A stretch of 64,000 nucleotides of DNA from Takakia lepidozioides (GCA_030704615.1 CM060733.1:49104001-49168000); one strand, 5' to 3'; shown: positions 34,360-49,732, counted from the first letter of the stretch. Numbers and translations are program-made. Notes: a model not told the origin generated them from the sequence alone.

Positions 34360-37250
34360 CCTCTAGGAAGCCTATTGCCATTGGGTGGACTTGATACGGG
34401 AGTACATAAATGTCTGTAACTAAATGCCAGCCTTGTGACCCCGAGTCTTGGTTTGTTTTGACCTGAAGCGCTTTGCTTCAGGTAAGGTAGTGCATTGGAT
34501 TTAGTTGGAGAGTATGGGGCCCTCCCTCTTTAGAATATGCCTTCGCGGGCCATTCCCTGCAGCTCCCTGGAGTGTGCTTCATGTGTAGTTTTGGGGGTGA
34601 ATCCCAGGATGGACGATGTCCTTTAAAACTACATGCTCCAGCTTAGGCATGGATTATATGGCTAATGGGTCCATATCGAGACTTGATAACAGAGGTACTT
34701 TGAAGGTTGCAATGCCCAAAAATGCTACTAATAGAGTCTCACATCAATGCAATCTCAAAGAAGTTCGGTCCCGGTCTTGGACATTGGTGATTCAATGAGG
34801 TGCTCTAGGAAGACAACCAAGGGCAGGGACTTCAACTTGAAAGTTTCTAACTGGTATGATGCTCTGGATGAGGTTGATTCCAAGCAGTCAGACAGACAAA
34901 CTGTCCCTAAGTGTGCGGAACCTGAGCGTCGTGTAACTGAGGGATTTGACACTCTGAATGGTTTACCAATCCTTAAAGTTTACACAAGACGAGCAAAATC
35001 CACACACGGGGCAATGGTCCCCCCTTTGCAGAACAGTTGGCCATCCAGGAGCGGTTCCATAGGGTACCTAGACGACAAACAATTCACATGCAAAGGGCTG
35101 GCTTGCGGCTGGGCACTTTCAATTTCTCAGGGCTGACTAACCAAAGGAAACAACTCCAAGTGAGACAAGTTCTTCGGGCAAATGACATTCATATCTGTGC
35201 TGGGCAAGAGACATGGGAAACTCCGGACAAACTGGTTGGAGATGTCAATGGTTATATATCGATAGGTAAGATGTGCGCTCTTAAGGCAGCCTCTACCAAA
35301 CGTGGTCAGAAAGGGGTTGGATTCTTTGTCCGCGATTTCTTGTGTGACAATTGTGAAATTATCAACAAGGGTTTGCGGTATGAGCACAGTATTTGCCTAA
35401 AACTGAAACTGAAGGGCGGCGTGAATAGGAAGGACCTCTTTGTGGGTTATGTTTACATGCCCACAGAGGGGACCCTTAGTGCTGACGCAGACAAAGCCTT
35501 CGAAGACGTTAAGCTGGACGGTGCTAAGTTCCTCGCCAAAGGTCAGGTGGTCTTATTGGGTGACTTCAATGCCCGGGTGGGCAAAGGTCTCCATCAGGAT
35601 GATACCATTGGGCCTTTTGGTCAGGACAGGCTGAATTCTAATGGTAGCGGTTAATAAACTGTCTGGAAGAACTTCAGCTTTTGACCTTGAATAATAGGTC
35701 AAAGGAGACCAAGTGCAGTGGACTCGTGAGAAAGCCCAAACTGGGGAATGGTCCATTGTGGATTATATCATAATGGACAAAAATCTGTTTCCCCAGAGTG
35801 CCAGTGTGTTGATCGACAGAACTGATATTGGTGCCTCTGACCACTTCCTGGTTTGGACTGAGATCTAAAGGTGTTTTCCCAACACCAAGAGATCTGGGAA
35901 ACGTTCGATTCGGAAGTGGCGCATAGAAAAGTTCCAAAATGAAGAGGTCAAGGCCTATGTCCAGGCCTTGCAAGAGGCTCTCCCTCATTTTGTCCACTCG
36001 CTCCAAGACCTTCAGTCTCGCTCTGGCAGTGCAAGAAATGAAGTCGAAAGAGCAGTGGATTCTTGGGAGAGTTTTGTCTCCTCTGTGGCTGACAAGATCA
36101 TAGGGAGGAAACTAATTGTCTGTGGTAGAGCGGTTAATTGGTGGACAAATGAGATTAAACTCAAGATAGCTGAGAGACGAGTCCTCTATTAAGAGTGCTG
36201 CAATTTGAAAACCAACAAAGAATTGTGGGCTAGGTACTACCAGATCCGCAAAGATATCAATCAGCTTGTAAGGTCTCAGAAGAAATTATACTGGGACAAG
36301 CTATACAGTGAAATAAACTCAAACCACCATGGTGGTAATGACAAGAGATTCTGGTTGGCCCTTCAACGTTTGTACAAGCCGAAAAACTGTCAGCAAGTAC
36401 AAGCGCTGAGGACTACTAAGGGTGCAGTGGTGCCTTCAACGGTTGACATTGTCAGAACCTTTGAAACCCACTACAGTATCCTTGGCAGAATTTCTAGGTC
36501 TAACAGTGAGGGGTCGTCTTAACTATGGAAGGACACAGTTGGAAAAACTGTTCCTATGATTCAAGACAGCCCTGATGAACTGGAGTATATTTCAAACGCT
36601 TACAACGCTCCCATTAGTTCTTCTGAGATTGTGGAAGCAATTGAGCATTTCAACGGATATAAAGCTGGTGGACCTGATGGCATAGTGGCGACTCCATGAT
36701 AGAGGCCCTAGTTCTTCTCTTTAACCTTATCTGGAGGACTGAAATGATCCCCTTTCGCTTGCGACAGGGGGTCATTGTCAATCCATACAAGAAGGGTGAC
36801 AGAGAAGAACCGGGGAACTACCGAGGCATCACGCTCCTCAATGCTGTTGGCAAGATATTTTGCAGAGGTATAAGTACTCGTCTCGAGGTTGATCTGGAAT
36901 CTAGAGGTTTCCACGAAGGCCAAGCTGGCTTTCGGAGAAACAGGGGCTGTCTGGGTCATATCTTCACTCTAAGCCAGATTATCCAGGGAAGGAAAAAAGA
37001 AGGGTAACCCACGTTTGTTTTTTTCTTGGATGTCAAAAAGGCTGATGACACAGTGTGGAGAGACAGTCTATGGCTCCGACTCTGGTCATGTGGGATCAAG
37101 GAAAAGATGTGGAGAGTTGTCCATAACATGTATGCTCACACCAAAGTTGTATCACTGTTAATGGACGGAAGTCTAACGTCTTTGACATAGACCAAGGTGT
37201 AGCTCAAGGATGTACCCTCTCCCCTCTGCTCTTCAACGTTTTCATCGGAG
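34360..37250 (+). mobile_element. LINE (APE endonuclease + RT), decayed and interrupted at ~37250; start approximate
   Basis: LGTFNFSGL, ICAGQETW, VVLLGDFNARVG, VDYII, SDHFLVW; PGNYRGITLLN, QAGFRRNRGC, FFLDVKKA, GVAQGCTLSPLLFNVFI. Confidence 0.9.
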
Positions 37251-37254
37251 GGGT

Positions 37255-39640
37255 CTATGGCCAGAAGGCTAAGGCAAACAATGTCTTATGAGTACATTCT
37301 CTCTCACACGCCCATGGACAAACAGTGTCCCTCCTGCCAAGCGTATCTCCAAGTTAATCCTCCTTCTCACACAGGCAGAGGAAGGAAAGTACCAGCCAGT
37401 GAGGGCCCTGAGCTCTCTGCTACGTCTTGCAGGAAGCTCAAACAGAGTCAATCTCAGCTGCTGGGAAATTTTATTGCCATTTGCCCTGCCCCTTTGCTTC
37501 TTTGATTGGCTCCCTTTTGCTGCACTCCGTCCAGTAACAGGCCTTCCCTGGAAGGTCCATAGCTCAAAACGATCCTCAAACATGGCAGCAACAGAAAAGA
37601 AGTTCTGTTGTAGCCATCCTTGCAGCGATATCTGTGCGGAAAGATGGAATCATTAGCAGGCAAAACATCAGACAACCAACCTCTTGCGGGCCAACTAATT
37701 GCACTCCCACTCGTAGATCTGTTTCCAGGAAGGCCACATATTAACCAACCTGGTAGACACAGCCCCTGTGAATCCACAACTTGGTTGTGAGAAACACACA
37801 ATGTGTCCATGCGTTCCCTGTTAACAACCTCTTGTGTACGAGGGTTTTATGGAAGCAAGAATGCACCTCGTTGCGAAATCTCTCAAGAGCGCGTGTTGAT
37901 GCAATTGATGGCCTCACCAAGACTGGCCAGTCATCCCCTTCACGCCCCTCCACCACTGAGCGTCCCAGATACAGGGCAGCTGCACCATCGGCCAGCGCCA
38001 CCACCATATCCTCCAATGCACTCCCAGCATACTTACACATCACTCTACAGTCGCAGCAGCTTCCAGACCTGCCAGAGAAGTAGATCAACGCAATCCTCGC
38101 ATCAGACAAGTAGCTAGCCCAGACCTCCTGTTGCGCTTCCTCCCTGTATATGTCCACACATGCATAAGTTGGTCTGTCCAAGGTCATAGCTCCAGTGACT
38201 TAATTAGGCAGAGGGAATTACCTCACAGCTTTGAACCGGAGAAAAAAGAGCAAATCCATGTACAGCTCTGCCTTTCCAGTTCTCTTCAGGTAATTCAAAA
38301 TCACGTCACCCCCTTGCACAACGCTCCCGCCCACAGTTTGCACATGGGTGAATTCACTGGCTTCACGATCCATCCCTCCAAATGTGCTCACGTCTGTCTT
38401 GGTGGATACATTGGAAACCCGTGCTGTCCCATGCCTTCCAGACTCACCTGACCGTTTTGAACGGACCAACACTGGCTCCAATGCAAGCCAATTTTTGCAT
38501 ACAGGCTCAATGGACCGGCATAGGATGTCAAGTGAAAGCTTAACCCACTGCACTGGAGCCACTGACTCCATCTCTTCACTTATGCCATCAACCTGGCAAG
38601 ATAAAAACGCACCTGTTAGAACGTTTCTGGATTTGTATACCTTGTTTAAAAAATTTCTTGCGGGTTATTCTAAGGCAAAAACAGATGGTTGTGTACTTGT
38701 TCCAAGACAAAATCTGAGGGCCTCATAGTGAAGCCCTTGTGACAGGCTCCAGCACAGTTCCACCGCCCATTTAGAAACCCCAGTATTAACTTTATGTCTG
38801 AAACTCTAAACAGCCTGGCTTACGTGATACCCTGGTTTGAAGCAAGTGTTGGAGATGGGAGTGTGGAGTCAATGCCTGCCTCTTTACGAAGATGCTCCAC
38901 AGACTGCAACAACAACCGAAGCCTTGGGCCTTGGTCTATGGCCTGCAAGCTGAGAGCCGGATTCCTCACAGGCCCTTCATCATCGAATGCATCCACTTCT
39001 CCCTCCCTCTCCACTTTCAAGAGAGCTGCTGCAAGCTTTGCCTGAACTGTACTCCATGCATCAGCCCCATTGGTGGGAGTTTGAAATCTTTGAGTCCCTC
39101 CCTCCTCCACCCTGCCATCAGAGAAAGCTTGAGAAATTGCAATACGTAACGAACCAACATCAAACTTGAGGATGATGTTCTGCCCTCTCATGCAATGACT
39201 TCAGTTGTAAAATCAATAAAACAGACATCATACCCTGACAGAAGATCTATTCCAGCATAGCTGAACGAGAAGTAAATATTTTAGCTGAGAGAAAAAACTT
39301 TATAACAGTTGAGAGTGTGACAAGAGCTTCAGATAGCCAAGAGAACACTCACTGAATGGTGTCCCAGTTCATACATTTGTAATGCTCTCCTTTTTAGAAG
39401 TGACGAGTCCAGCCTTCTGATGGGTAGGAAATATGACAGGCATGCTGATACAGAGATCCCACCCCAGTCATGATCTTTCTAGGAAGCACTCAGTGACCCT
39501 TCCATATAAATTCTGGCTATCACCAGCCCGTGGGGGCATTGTCCCCATATACCGCAAGCCTGTTCTGGCAGCCTACCAGGATAGGGTTCTACCAGATATT
39601 AATTTTCATGGCCACCTACAATAACCCATAACCTCGTTTA
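37255..39640 (-). mobile_element. Degenerate hAT-like transposase remnant inserted in the LINE
   Basis: VNTGVSK..GLHYEALRFCL (cf. GV...HCxAHRLxL), RWSQ..SIEPVCKNWLAL; flanked by CGGAGGGGT at 37246-37254 and 39641-39649; no TIR seen. Confidence 0.45.
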
Positions 39641-39859
39641 CGGAGGGGTAGAGAATGAGAACTACATCAGAGCAAATGACAGACTGTCACCTTTGAGAAG
39701 CAAGTGACTCCCGTTGAACAACCTTTTGCTTCTCTGGAGATTGACGGCGACCCCAGAGAGGTAGACCGAGGGAGACTGGCACTGGAGGGGGATTTGCAGG
39801 TGTCACAATGCCTGCTAGGTATGCAAGTGCTACACTGGTCATTAGCATCCATTGCCCAG

Positions 39860-40480
39860 CCGCCGGTCCCCATTCCATGGTTGCTGCCATTGTCCCCAGC
39901 TCTGTTAGCGGTGAGCCCATACATTTAAATCGCCCAAAAGGCTCCTGCTGCTTCATTCTCCTTCTGTACCTCATTTCTCTGCCATGTTGCCATGATAAAG
40001 GAGAAGCTACAGACAACAATCCAGGGTTATTTGTGCCAGATGTGGTAATACTACAACAAATCAACCACATATGTCTTACCAAACCAGGGTCCCTCAGCTT
40101 CTGCTTTCTAACAACCCATACCCGCCCCCCCCGCCTCTCTCTCTCTCTCTCTCTCCCTCTCTCGAAAAGGGGGATTGTAAGTGCCCATTGTGTGGGCAAC
40201 CTGAGACAATATCCATTCTGATTCATTGTCCTGGGTGCTCTCACTGGAGAAACACCCTCTCTAATTCAATCAAGGTAAGTGTTCCTGTACCTCTATTTAC
40301 CAACTTTGAGAATCTCGTGGCTGAGCCAAAAGCCCAGGCCCTTTTGTGGTCTAGTTATTGGGCAAATCACAGCCAGCAGATTGATGTTTGTGTGAAGGGA
40401 TTTCTAGAAGATATCTGGAAAACTCGGATCAATTGCTTGTTTGAAGGTACGTATACTACCGGCGTCAGGCCCTGACAAAG
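39860..40480 (+). repeat. Dispersed repeat ending in a LINE 3' end; inverted copy at ~47150-47600
   Basis: CCATGGTTGCTGCCATTGTCCCCAGCTCTGTTAGCGGTGAGCCCATACATTTA... matches the reverse complement of the 47150-47600 segment. Confidence 0.85.
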
Positions 40481-40560
40481 GTAATTTCTGTCCCTTTGTG
40501 TTCCGCTCAAACTGCACTTCACCAACTGAGCTACTGACTGTTGGTCACTATTTCCTATAC

Positions 40561-40635
40561 TAGGGCTTCGCGTTGCTCCGCACTACTAGCGACGAATTCT
40601 GAGAACTACGTTCAATTTGCACAAAAAGGGCGGGG
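40561..40635 (+). repeat. ~75-bp dispersed repeat (possible non-autonomous element end), copy 1
   Basis: TAGGGCTTCG(A)CGTTGCTCCGCACTACTAGCGACGAATTCTGAGAACTACGTTCAA recurs at 46228. Confidence 0.8.
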
Positions 40636-43105
40636 TCATCCCTACTAATTCCTGGGCCACAGTAATTCCTGGACCACTCTAGAATGAACAGGCCCGAATG
40701 AAACTGCTCACATATACATACAGACATGCCCTATTTCATTGTTCTTGGGAAGATAAGTGCTTGATGAAAATATCTTTCACGGAACAGTGCAGGTCCAAGG
40801 ATCAGTCTTCCTGACTGTGAAGATGTTTGGCAGTAATACTAAGATGATGCATACTGCAGCATCTCACTTTCAAAAAAGCAATTTACATTTAAATAGGTCA
40901 TGAAGCCCATTTTGGGCCTGGTGGACGTTTAAGGGTCAAAGGTTCCATGGGCAGCCCAAAGCGCCCTACATGAATCGGCCCAGGATTAAAGGGGTGCTAC
41001 TGGCTTACATAGAATATCCTCTAAGGCGAAAATGACGTCCATTCACAAGGGACGATCCAACTCTAACTAACACCTTTGACTTTTCCTATACAGGGGTCCG
41101 CAGCCTTATAGAATGCTACTGATTTTGATCCAAAGTAAGTTAGATTGTTGGAGAGGGGGTGAATTTTTAACATCTTCATCTCACAAACTTATATCGTTTA
41201 CATAGTCATGGGCCCACATGGCAAATCGTGCCAAGATCTTAAAGGGGTGAATGTATGTAAGTATGGAACCACCCTTTCTCATTTTCAAGGGCAATTCCCT
41301 CTTTGGGGCCGATTGAGAGGCTCATGGAACTGGCTATAGGTGGCCTGCAGTACATGTCCTATTTCTAAAATCCTCTTTCTTCACATGGGACCGCTGGGAT
41401 GCCTCATAGACTATCATATGCAGCATATGGACATCTGGTAAATCAAACCCAGTGTTACACGTAATAATGGGACCAGATGGGTATATATGATCAGCACTTT
41501 AGCGAGCGAGGAGAGCAAGGTTTGACAGAGGTGTGCTGATTTCCACGCACGAGGATCTTAGTGACTCCAGAATTGCGGGAAGGTTTTGTGAGATTTTGGG
41601 TGAAGCCAGCTCACAGCGATTATGTTAGTTGCAAATTCAGTACGTTGCATCGCTATATATTATGTAAGTCTAAGGGGTTGAGCTTCGGAGTGGGACTCTA
41701 TTTGCTCTTAGCCATTGTCAATGTTGTTAGTTGACATCTGTATGGGGTCAATGGAGGCCAATTGGCTATTGCAGGTCTTTAGATTTTAGTGCTTGAAGTT
41801 TTGCTTCCATAATTCTGAAGTTGTTTACCATGAGCTGCAAGGTCATTCTTTCTAGCCAACTTGTCCTTGTTTAGCTGACTGACTTCTGGACATTGCCGCC
41901 ACATGCTTCACTTTGAAAGCCTCAAGAGCCTCATTACTCTGCAGTTTTTTAACGGACGTCTGACATAGCTGTTCACTCTATGCAAGCACAGAGGTGGCAA
42001 GAGAAAAATCCATGAAGTTTAGATTCCATCTCTCGTTTCACCTTACCAAGGCAAAACTTGAAAGCTTCATGTTGCCTTTCTATCCATGTCATTAGCATAA
42101 CGGAGCTTGTAATGTTGCAGGTCCTTCAGGAGTTTGTGTCAGAGGGTTTAAGTAGTGAAACTGGATGCATCAAGCCCACCCCAGTCATTAGTTATTCGAG
42201 CATTTTGAATGATCAGCGATTTCAAAATCCGACCTCCTGGTCAAAGAATCATTGTTTTCTGTGTAAAAAAACCAGTGTGGGGGTATAGCAGGTCTAGTGT
42301 CAATGTTGATAATCAGTTCAATTGTACCACAAGTTTCGAATTGATGTACATCTGTTTGGTTGGTGAAGGAGCTGTACCAGTTTTTTGAACCCCCAGTTTT
42401 CCTTTTGAGACTTTCTCTGCAGCTCAGGTGCTCATGAAGAAATGCAGGAAATTGAGGATGGAAAGCAACAGTAAGGTAAAGGCGATGTATTTCTGGGGGG
42501 CATAGAGTCAATCCCCCTAAAACCATCCTACATTGGGCGCCCATAAATGTGTTGGTCCCTCCAAAATGCAAACCCATGCTGTAATTTCTTGCAATGTCAA
42601 AAGTTTGCTTATAAGGGCTACTGCGAGATCCTGAGCTGCTACCCTCTCTTATTTACTAACAGCCTATCCCTCACGGAGGTATTCAATTATGAGCAGAGAT
42701 GCCTTGTGGCATATTTTCATGAGATTTTCTTGAAGTTAAATTGTACTTTTTTTGGTGGTGGGCCCAAATTGTTTGTGTTTCTACTTCCCTTACTACCAAC
42801 TCTTTGATCTTACCCTGGATGGTATGAAGTTCCTTTCCTTCCCTTTTTGCTGTAGTTCTCAATGCCTCTACTCCTTGTCTACTTTCATATCTTTGATGTT
42901 AACAAGATTTGTGTGTGGACAGGAAGAGAACATTGTGTGTTTCATAAGTTTGTGGCAAGCCCTCCGGCAGAGCTGAAGTCTAGTTCACCACTTTGTTAAG
43001 GGGCTTTTCAACAAGCGGACTGGTTTTTCCTTAGTCGTCAGCAAGCTGCTTGGGAAAGGTTTTCAGACTGCTTGCAAGCACACCATCTTCGCCTGTTCAA
43101 AAGCC

Positions 43106-44830
43106 ATGGCCCTCTCTTTGTCAGTGCAAAAGGAACCTAGACCACATGTGGTGATTATACCATTCCCCCTACCTGGCCACACTATTCCTATGCTGCAATT
43201 CTCTAAGCAGTTGGCTTCCCTTGGTGTCATTGTGAGCTTGGTGAGCATAGAGCACATTAAGCAGCTGCAGGAGGAAGGACATGCAGCCAGAGTTGGGATT
43301 GAACCTGGTATGGACTTCCGACTGGTAGGTATGTGGGACAATTTCCCAGAAGACAAAGAGGACTTTCGGTCATGGTTGCAGATGCCAGAGAGACTAGTTA
43401 TCTGCCTACAGGATGTTATCTCGAGGATGTCATCAAAATCAGGGTTGGATTCTGGATTCGAGCCAGCTCCTTGCTGTATTATCTCGGACTTATTTGCTGG
43501 ATGGACCCAAGATGTGGCAAACAAATTCAACATTCCCAGGCACTGTTTGTTCACCTCAGGTGTGGGAGTGTTGTCTCTCTTCTTATGGGTACGAACTCAT
43601 CCCCAACATGATTGCGTTCTTACAAACAAGATCCCTGGGAGTCCTGTCTTTCTAGTCAACCATCTACTCCACTTGTCCCCCATCTCCCCCATTTTGCGCT
43701 TCGTCTCAACCCTCTCTATCAACTTTCATTAAGCTCAAGTGACAAAGGATGTCATTAGCAGTCTTGGTATCCATGCAAGCATGAATCAAGATCAATTTGA
43801 ATGCCTCCAGAGTCATCACCGTCTTGGATGTGGACAGCTAGATTTTTACATTGCCTCACATATCATTGACAGATTTTTGTTTGTCAACTTTTTGAAGAAT
43901 CTTGCCCACAATTTCAAATAGCTGAAATATGAGGAGCCTGACAGTGGAAGTGTGGGAATTGATGCTCTAGCTAGAAAGGCTTACATGTGATGAAGTCCAC
44001 ATAAGCCACGCTGTTTCCCCCACTTGGTATGCACTATAGCGATGACGCATTCTGGTCTACAAAATTGTAAGCTGCCTTTGCATTTCTTGTTTGCTGCAGA
44101 TACCAACACTCCTGTTGGCAAAGCATTTACCAATAACTCCAAGCACCAGGAATGTTCACCTGTCTATCCCTGGCCTGTCACCATTACACCCTCAGGACCT
44201 GCTGTCTGAACTGCAACTTGAAGATACAGAGGCTTTCCAATTCAAATTCACGGCACATCAAGCGACACGCCTAGCGGAGGCTGACATAATTTTGCTCAAT
44301 ACTTTTGAGCAACTGGAACACCAGGTTGAATCCTTTCAGTCTGAAATCCTTGGTACACAGAGAGTGAAGGTCAGTCTGATCCTATACCAATCTTTTGATC
44401 CCCAAACAATGTTTCATGTATCTTGGTGCTAATTCTACAGATTCTCTGATCACTATATTCTCAGTACCTCCAAGGATGAGTTGGTTGTTTGTATGGAAGT
44501 AATGCACATTGCATGCAGGTTAATTTCTTACTGGTAAATCATCTCCTTACCCAACGAAACATGCTTATTGTAGGTGCGGAGGGCATTGGCGGTTGGCCCG
44601 CTGTTGTTGGCTGACAAGGCTGCCACCAGCATAATTGAAAATGAAAAAGCACGGGGTGGGTATGACGAATGGTTGGACACTCAATCTCCTTCCTCGGTTC
44701 TCTACATGGCATATGGAAGCATGGCTACTCTCTCGGCTGAACAGATACATGAGCTAGCATTGGGGCTAGAAGCCAGTGAACAGCCTTTCCTGTGGGTACT
44801 TAGACCACCTGATTCAGGTCCTGCTCTCAA
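43106..44830 (+). pseudogene. Family-1 UDP-glycosyltransferase, 3 exons, truncated before the PSPG box
   Basis: PHVVIIPFPLPGHTIPMLQFSKQL, CCIISDLFAGWTQDVA (43106-~43588); IPGLSPL..IILLNTFEQLE (44100-44369); WLDTQSPSSVLYMAYGS..LGLEASEQPFLWVLR (from 44574). No WAPQ/HCGWNS found downstream. Confidence 0.8.
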
Positions 44831-46227
44831 GTCTCAGATTGTTGTGCATACCAAGACTTTGCAGGAAGAATGATAGATTGTTGACACCGTTTGTGAGTGG
44901 GGTAATTTTCGGAACTGCCCTAAGATCTGAAAATCAAGTTGGAAAAGTAAACCACGTGACTCTGTTCAACCCCATCTGCTGAAGGCCTCAGAGACATTTA
45001 GGGCCGGTTCTGATAAGAGGGTAAAACAGGGTGAAATGTGTTGAAGAAGGTGCCTCGAGTAGCAGCGCCTGATTTTTATCAATTGTGCCGCTGCTGCTGC
45101 GGCTTCCAGTTGACCATCTACCCATGCAGGTTTCTTGTAGCTTGCAGATTTCAACATGAAAATTTAGGGACGACTCTGATAACAGGGAAAAACAGGCTGA
45201 AATGTGTTGAAGAAGGTGCCTTGATCCACAGGAAATCAGACGTAATCTTGTGTTCGGCCCTCTTGGATGAATCTGGACCTCTATCCCTGGTCCTTCAGCT
45301 GTCCCTGCCTGTGTACAAATCATGAACACATCCTCAGCTTTGCTGCTAGCAGTTGACACTGACGGCGGGAAGTTCTTCCAACAAACACCCCAACCCTACT
45401 TAATACAGTAGTTCCAATTCTGAATTGAATCTGCTTCTCTATGTAGTCCAACAAGCATTCACCTTTTTGTCTCGATTGTCCCACCATAGATCCAACGTAC
45501 AACGAGCTAACTTACAGAATTCGATATGCCGAGTCTGATGAGAGGGCAAAACAGGCTGAAATAGGTCGAAGAAGAAGGTGCCCTCACCACATTGTCCTTG
45601 ACCTTGTGTCATGACCCATGGAGGATTTGACATACCATCAACCCAAAAGGACCTTGCGTCTATAGTAGGTGATATCGGATTGGTATGTGAGAACCGGCAC
45701 GGTGCAGCTGAGCAGGCAGAGATTGAAGCACAGCCGGCTAAGACCACGCTGACTCTCCCAAGAACCTTGTAAACATCGGGAGAAAGGATTTTGCCTCGAT
45801 TGTTCCACCATTGACTGGGGTCGGAAACGTAATCATTCCAGAGCTTCTCCTCGTCTCTGGTATCCGAGAAAAAGGTTCTGTAACATCCACCATGTAGGAC
45901 CTCCCTCTGAGATCCGTGAGTGAAACCCCTCCGCGCTCAAGCACGCAAGGGCATCATCGTCCCTTCCCTTCCCTACAGAGATTGAAACACCGCCGCCGCA
46001 CGCGGGGACAACATCCTCCTTTTTCCTAGCTGCAACCTCTCCTTGTTATTTTCGGGCAGTCCGGGCAGGGTTCAAACAATTTGACGAGGATGACGTGGCT
46101 ACAAAACGTGGCAACGATGATGTGGCACTATGGCACCCTATATCTGCTCTACGCTAAACTAGTTTCCGACCTTTGGTCGGCGCTAGAATTTAAGGTAGAT
46201 TTGTCCTCCCCCCTCTCTATGTATAAT

Positions 46228-46303
46228 TAGGGCTTCGACGTTGCTCCGCACTACTAGCGACGAATTCTGAGAACTACGTTCAACTTTCAAAAAAAGGGCG
46301 GGT
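46228..46303 (+). repeat. ~75-bp dispersed repeat, copy 2
   Basis: Near-identical to 40561-40635. Confidence 0.8.
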
Positions 46304-47149
46304 CAATCTCTCACGCATACCTAGTGTCATGGTATGATCTCCTCATCTCTAATTTGCCATGCCACGAATACCTAACGATCGTGGCACGGATGTCGTTGAA
46401 ACAACTCATCCATGTCATAAACATCACTTTGATGGCGTTATAGCAACTTGATACTAGTTATGTTGGTTCTATTACAACATGGATCCAGTGTCATTAGTAG
46501 AAAACGAGGTGGTACTAGTATCACTACGAATTTTGTGTCTTACCAATAGAAATTATTGCAGTACGTATTAAGTGATGACGCAACACACATCAATTTTAGT
46601 GAATGTTTCACATGAAGTGATGGCTTGAAACAATTTGTACTATGTCCGTGCATGATTGATCGATCCCATTCCCAAGCACGAATATAGTGCTAAAGTATTA
46701 TACTCAAGTTAATTCACACATTTGACTGACACTCCCTTGTAGCAACCAAAGTGTGGCATTTTCTCAATAATAGGACATCTTAGTTAGGTATCAATTCTCT
46801 CTTTCAAATTGATAAGATAGCCGCGGGTAACTGGCTGGAGACCGGTAACTTCCTTTCCGTTTTTATCACACTAAATTATATTTGTGTCCTCCACCTTGAC
46901 TGCCAATGAGCCACATGTGTGTTGAATTGGGGGCTAAGCAAGCTCCTTTTCAGTATGATGGCAGCACCGGCCTATACATTATCCATGTGACCACATTGTT
47001 GTCAACTGTACATGACTGCTCTGGAAACTCAAAATTAGCCAGCTGAATTCCCAGTTGGGGCACCACAAGTATGGCCTCAAGCTAAGTCATAGCAAAATTC
47101 ACAGGAACAGTCAATGAGGCCCTCTCCTGGAAAGTCCATCTCTTATACA

Positions 47150-47600
47150 AAAATTCTTTGCTGACTGTAGTTTGCCCAATAACTAGATCCCAAAAGGGCC
47201 TGGGCTTTTGGATCAGCCATGAGATTCTCAAGGTTGGTTAATAGAGGTACAAGAACGCTTCCCTTGGTTGAATTAAAGAGGGTGTTTCTCTGGTGAGAGC
47301 ACTCAGGTCAATGAACCGCAAGAGAGAGAGAGGTGGTTATGGGTTGTTAAAAAGCTGAGGGACACTGCTTTGGTAAAGACATATGGTTGATTTGTTGTAG
47401 TATTACCACATCTGGCACAAATAACCCTGGATTGTTGTCTGTAGCTTCTTACATTGTTCTTCTAGCAACATGGCAGAGAAATGAGGTATAGAAGGAGAAT
47501 GAAGCAGCAGGAGCCTTTTGGGCGATGTAAATGTATGGGCTCACCGCTAACAGAGCTGGGGACAATGGCAGCAACCATGGACTGGGGGCGGGTGCCTGCC
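47150..47600 (-). repeat. Inverted copy of the 39860-40480 repeat/LINE 3' end
   Basis: Direct reverse-complement match, including SMVAAIVPSSVSGEPIHL in translation. Confidence 0.8.
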
Positions 47601-48364
47601 ATCACCTTCTTGTAAGACCTAACACAATTGAGTTCATATATAAAAATGTAGAAATTGAGCTTTGAAAAGGCAACACCACTTTCAAGAGCTCCAAGAACGG
47701 AAAACCAGGGTACATCCATTAGTGTTCATGAAAAGACTAGCATCAAAGCATGCAGTGCTCCGTTTCAAACACTCATTTTCAGCCTTGCGAGAGGGAACAA
47801 TATTTGGTCTCAAGGAGAAGAGACTTGGTTAGAATATCAATGATGTTGTTCTTGTTTCATCCACTTCCCACATTTGCCAACCCTAGCACATCCTATGAGT
47901 CTCAGATATTAATGATGGAGTTGTGATCATCACCTTTGCCTGTGACCTTTGACTATGGCGTAGAGGAACGGGAGGGAAGGGCGGAGGAAAATGGAGAGGG
48001 AAAACAGGCAGAGGGGCAGAGGAACAATCGTTCAGCTAACATTAAGCTCAAACAAATGCTAAGCTGACATTTTGATGAGGCTAGGGTCTCACAAAAGTAT
48101 TTATTTGTTTTCAGTCTCAGTCGCTAGTGGAAAGCAGCCCTAAGAAACATGATGGAACCGACTTCTAGAAACAGTTGATGATAAGAGTCTTCAATTTCAG
48201 CTTTGTCTTGCAGGCTACAAATCAGCAACCATCTTCATCAAACTATGTGGCGGGAAATCGTCTTTTTGTTTCAAAAGTGCTTTTACAATTTAGTAGGATG
48301 TGGGTGCTAGGTCATTCATGAACTTGCTGTCATTTCAATCTCCTCTTCAGTTTGCAATGCACAC

Positions 48365-49141
<777 letters not shown>

Positions 49142-49732
49142 TTTTCGCAAGCAACGCAGATCCCACAAATCTCACAAGAGGAGGAGGAGGAGAATGAGGG
49201 AGAAGACTGAAGCGGGGGTTCGGGTTAGGGTTCTTCAGAGACGAGGATGACATCCATCCGTCCATCCTCTTCTAACACTCACGTCATGAAAGAGGTCTGA
49301 TACTTTCCTTGCAAAAATTGTTAGATGTTTCATCCACAGAAGTCAGTTCCTCATCCGTGAAGGCACGAGTTTCATCCGTGGGCGGCGACGAGTCAGTCTC
49401 GTGGCACAGTGTGTTGTGCGTTGTGGAATTGCTTGAGATCGAGTGCGGAGAGATGAAGTAAGCTTAGTGCAGATTAGTGTGCAGGAGCAGGGTAAATCAG
49501 ATGCTTGCCCTTTCTCTACCAGGATGTCCTCTGGGTTCCATTCAAGAGATTTCTGGAGTCTTTCTCGTACTCCTTTTGAATCCTTCAGCTCACTAATCAC
49601 CCTGCTGCAACTCAATCCACTGGGAGGATTTCTGTATTGTGTGGTGCTCTCACTGTGACAATATCAACTTTTAAAGGATTCTGTTCCTCGTATCACTGTA
49701 ATCGAGAGGCCGGTACCTTTTTGCCACATGAC
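49142..49732. promoter_or_regulatory. Probable bidirectional promoter/5' UTR interval between RPB10 and the cis-prenyltransferase
   Basis: Divergent start codons ~590 bp apart; telo-box-like TTAGGGTT near 49225 in the RPB10 leader. Confidence 0.5.
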
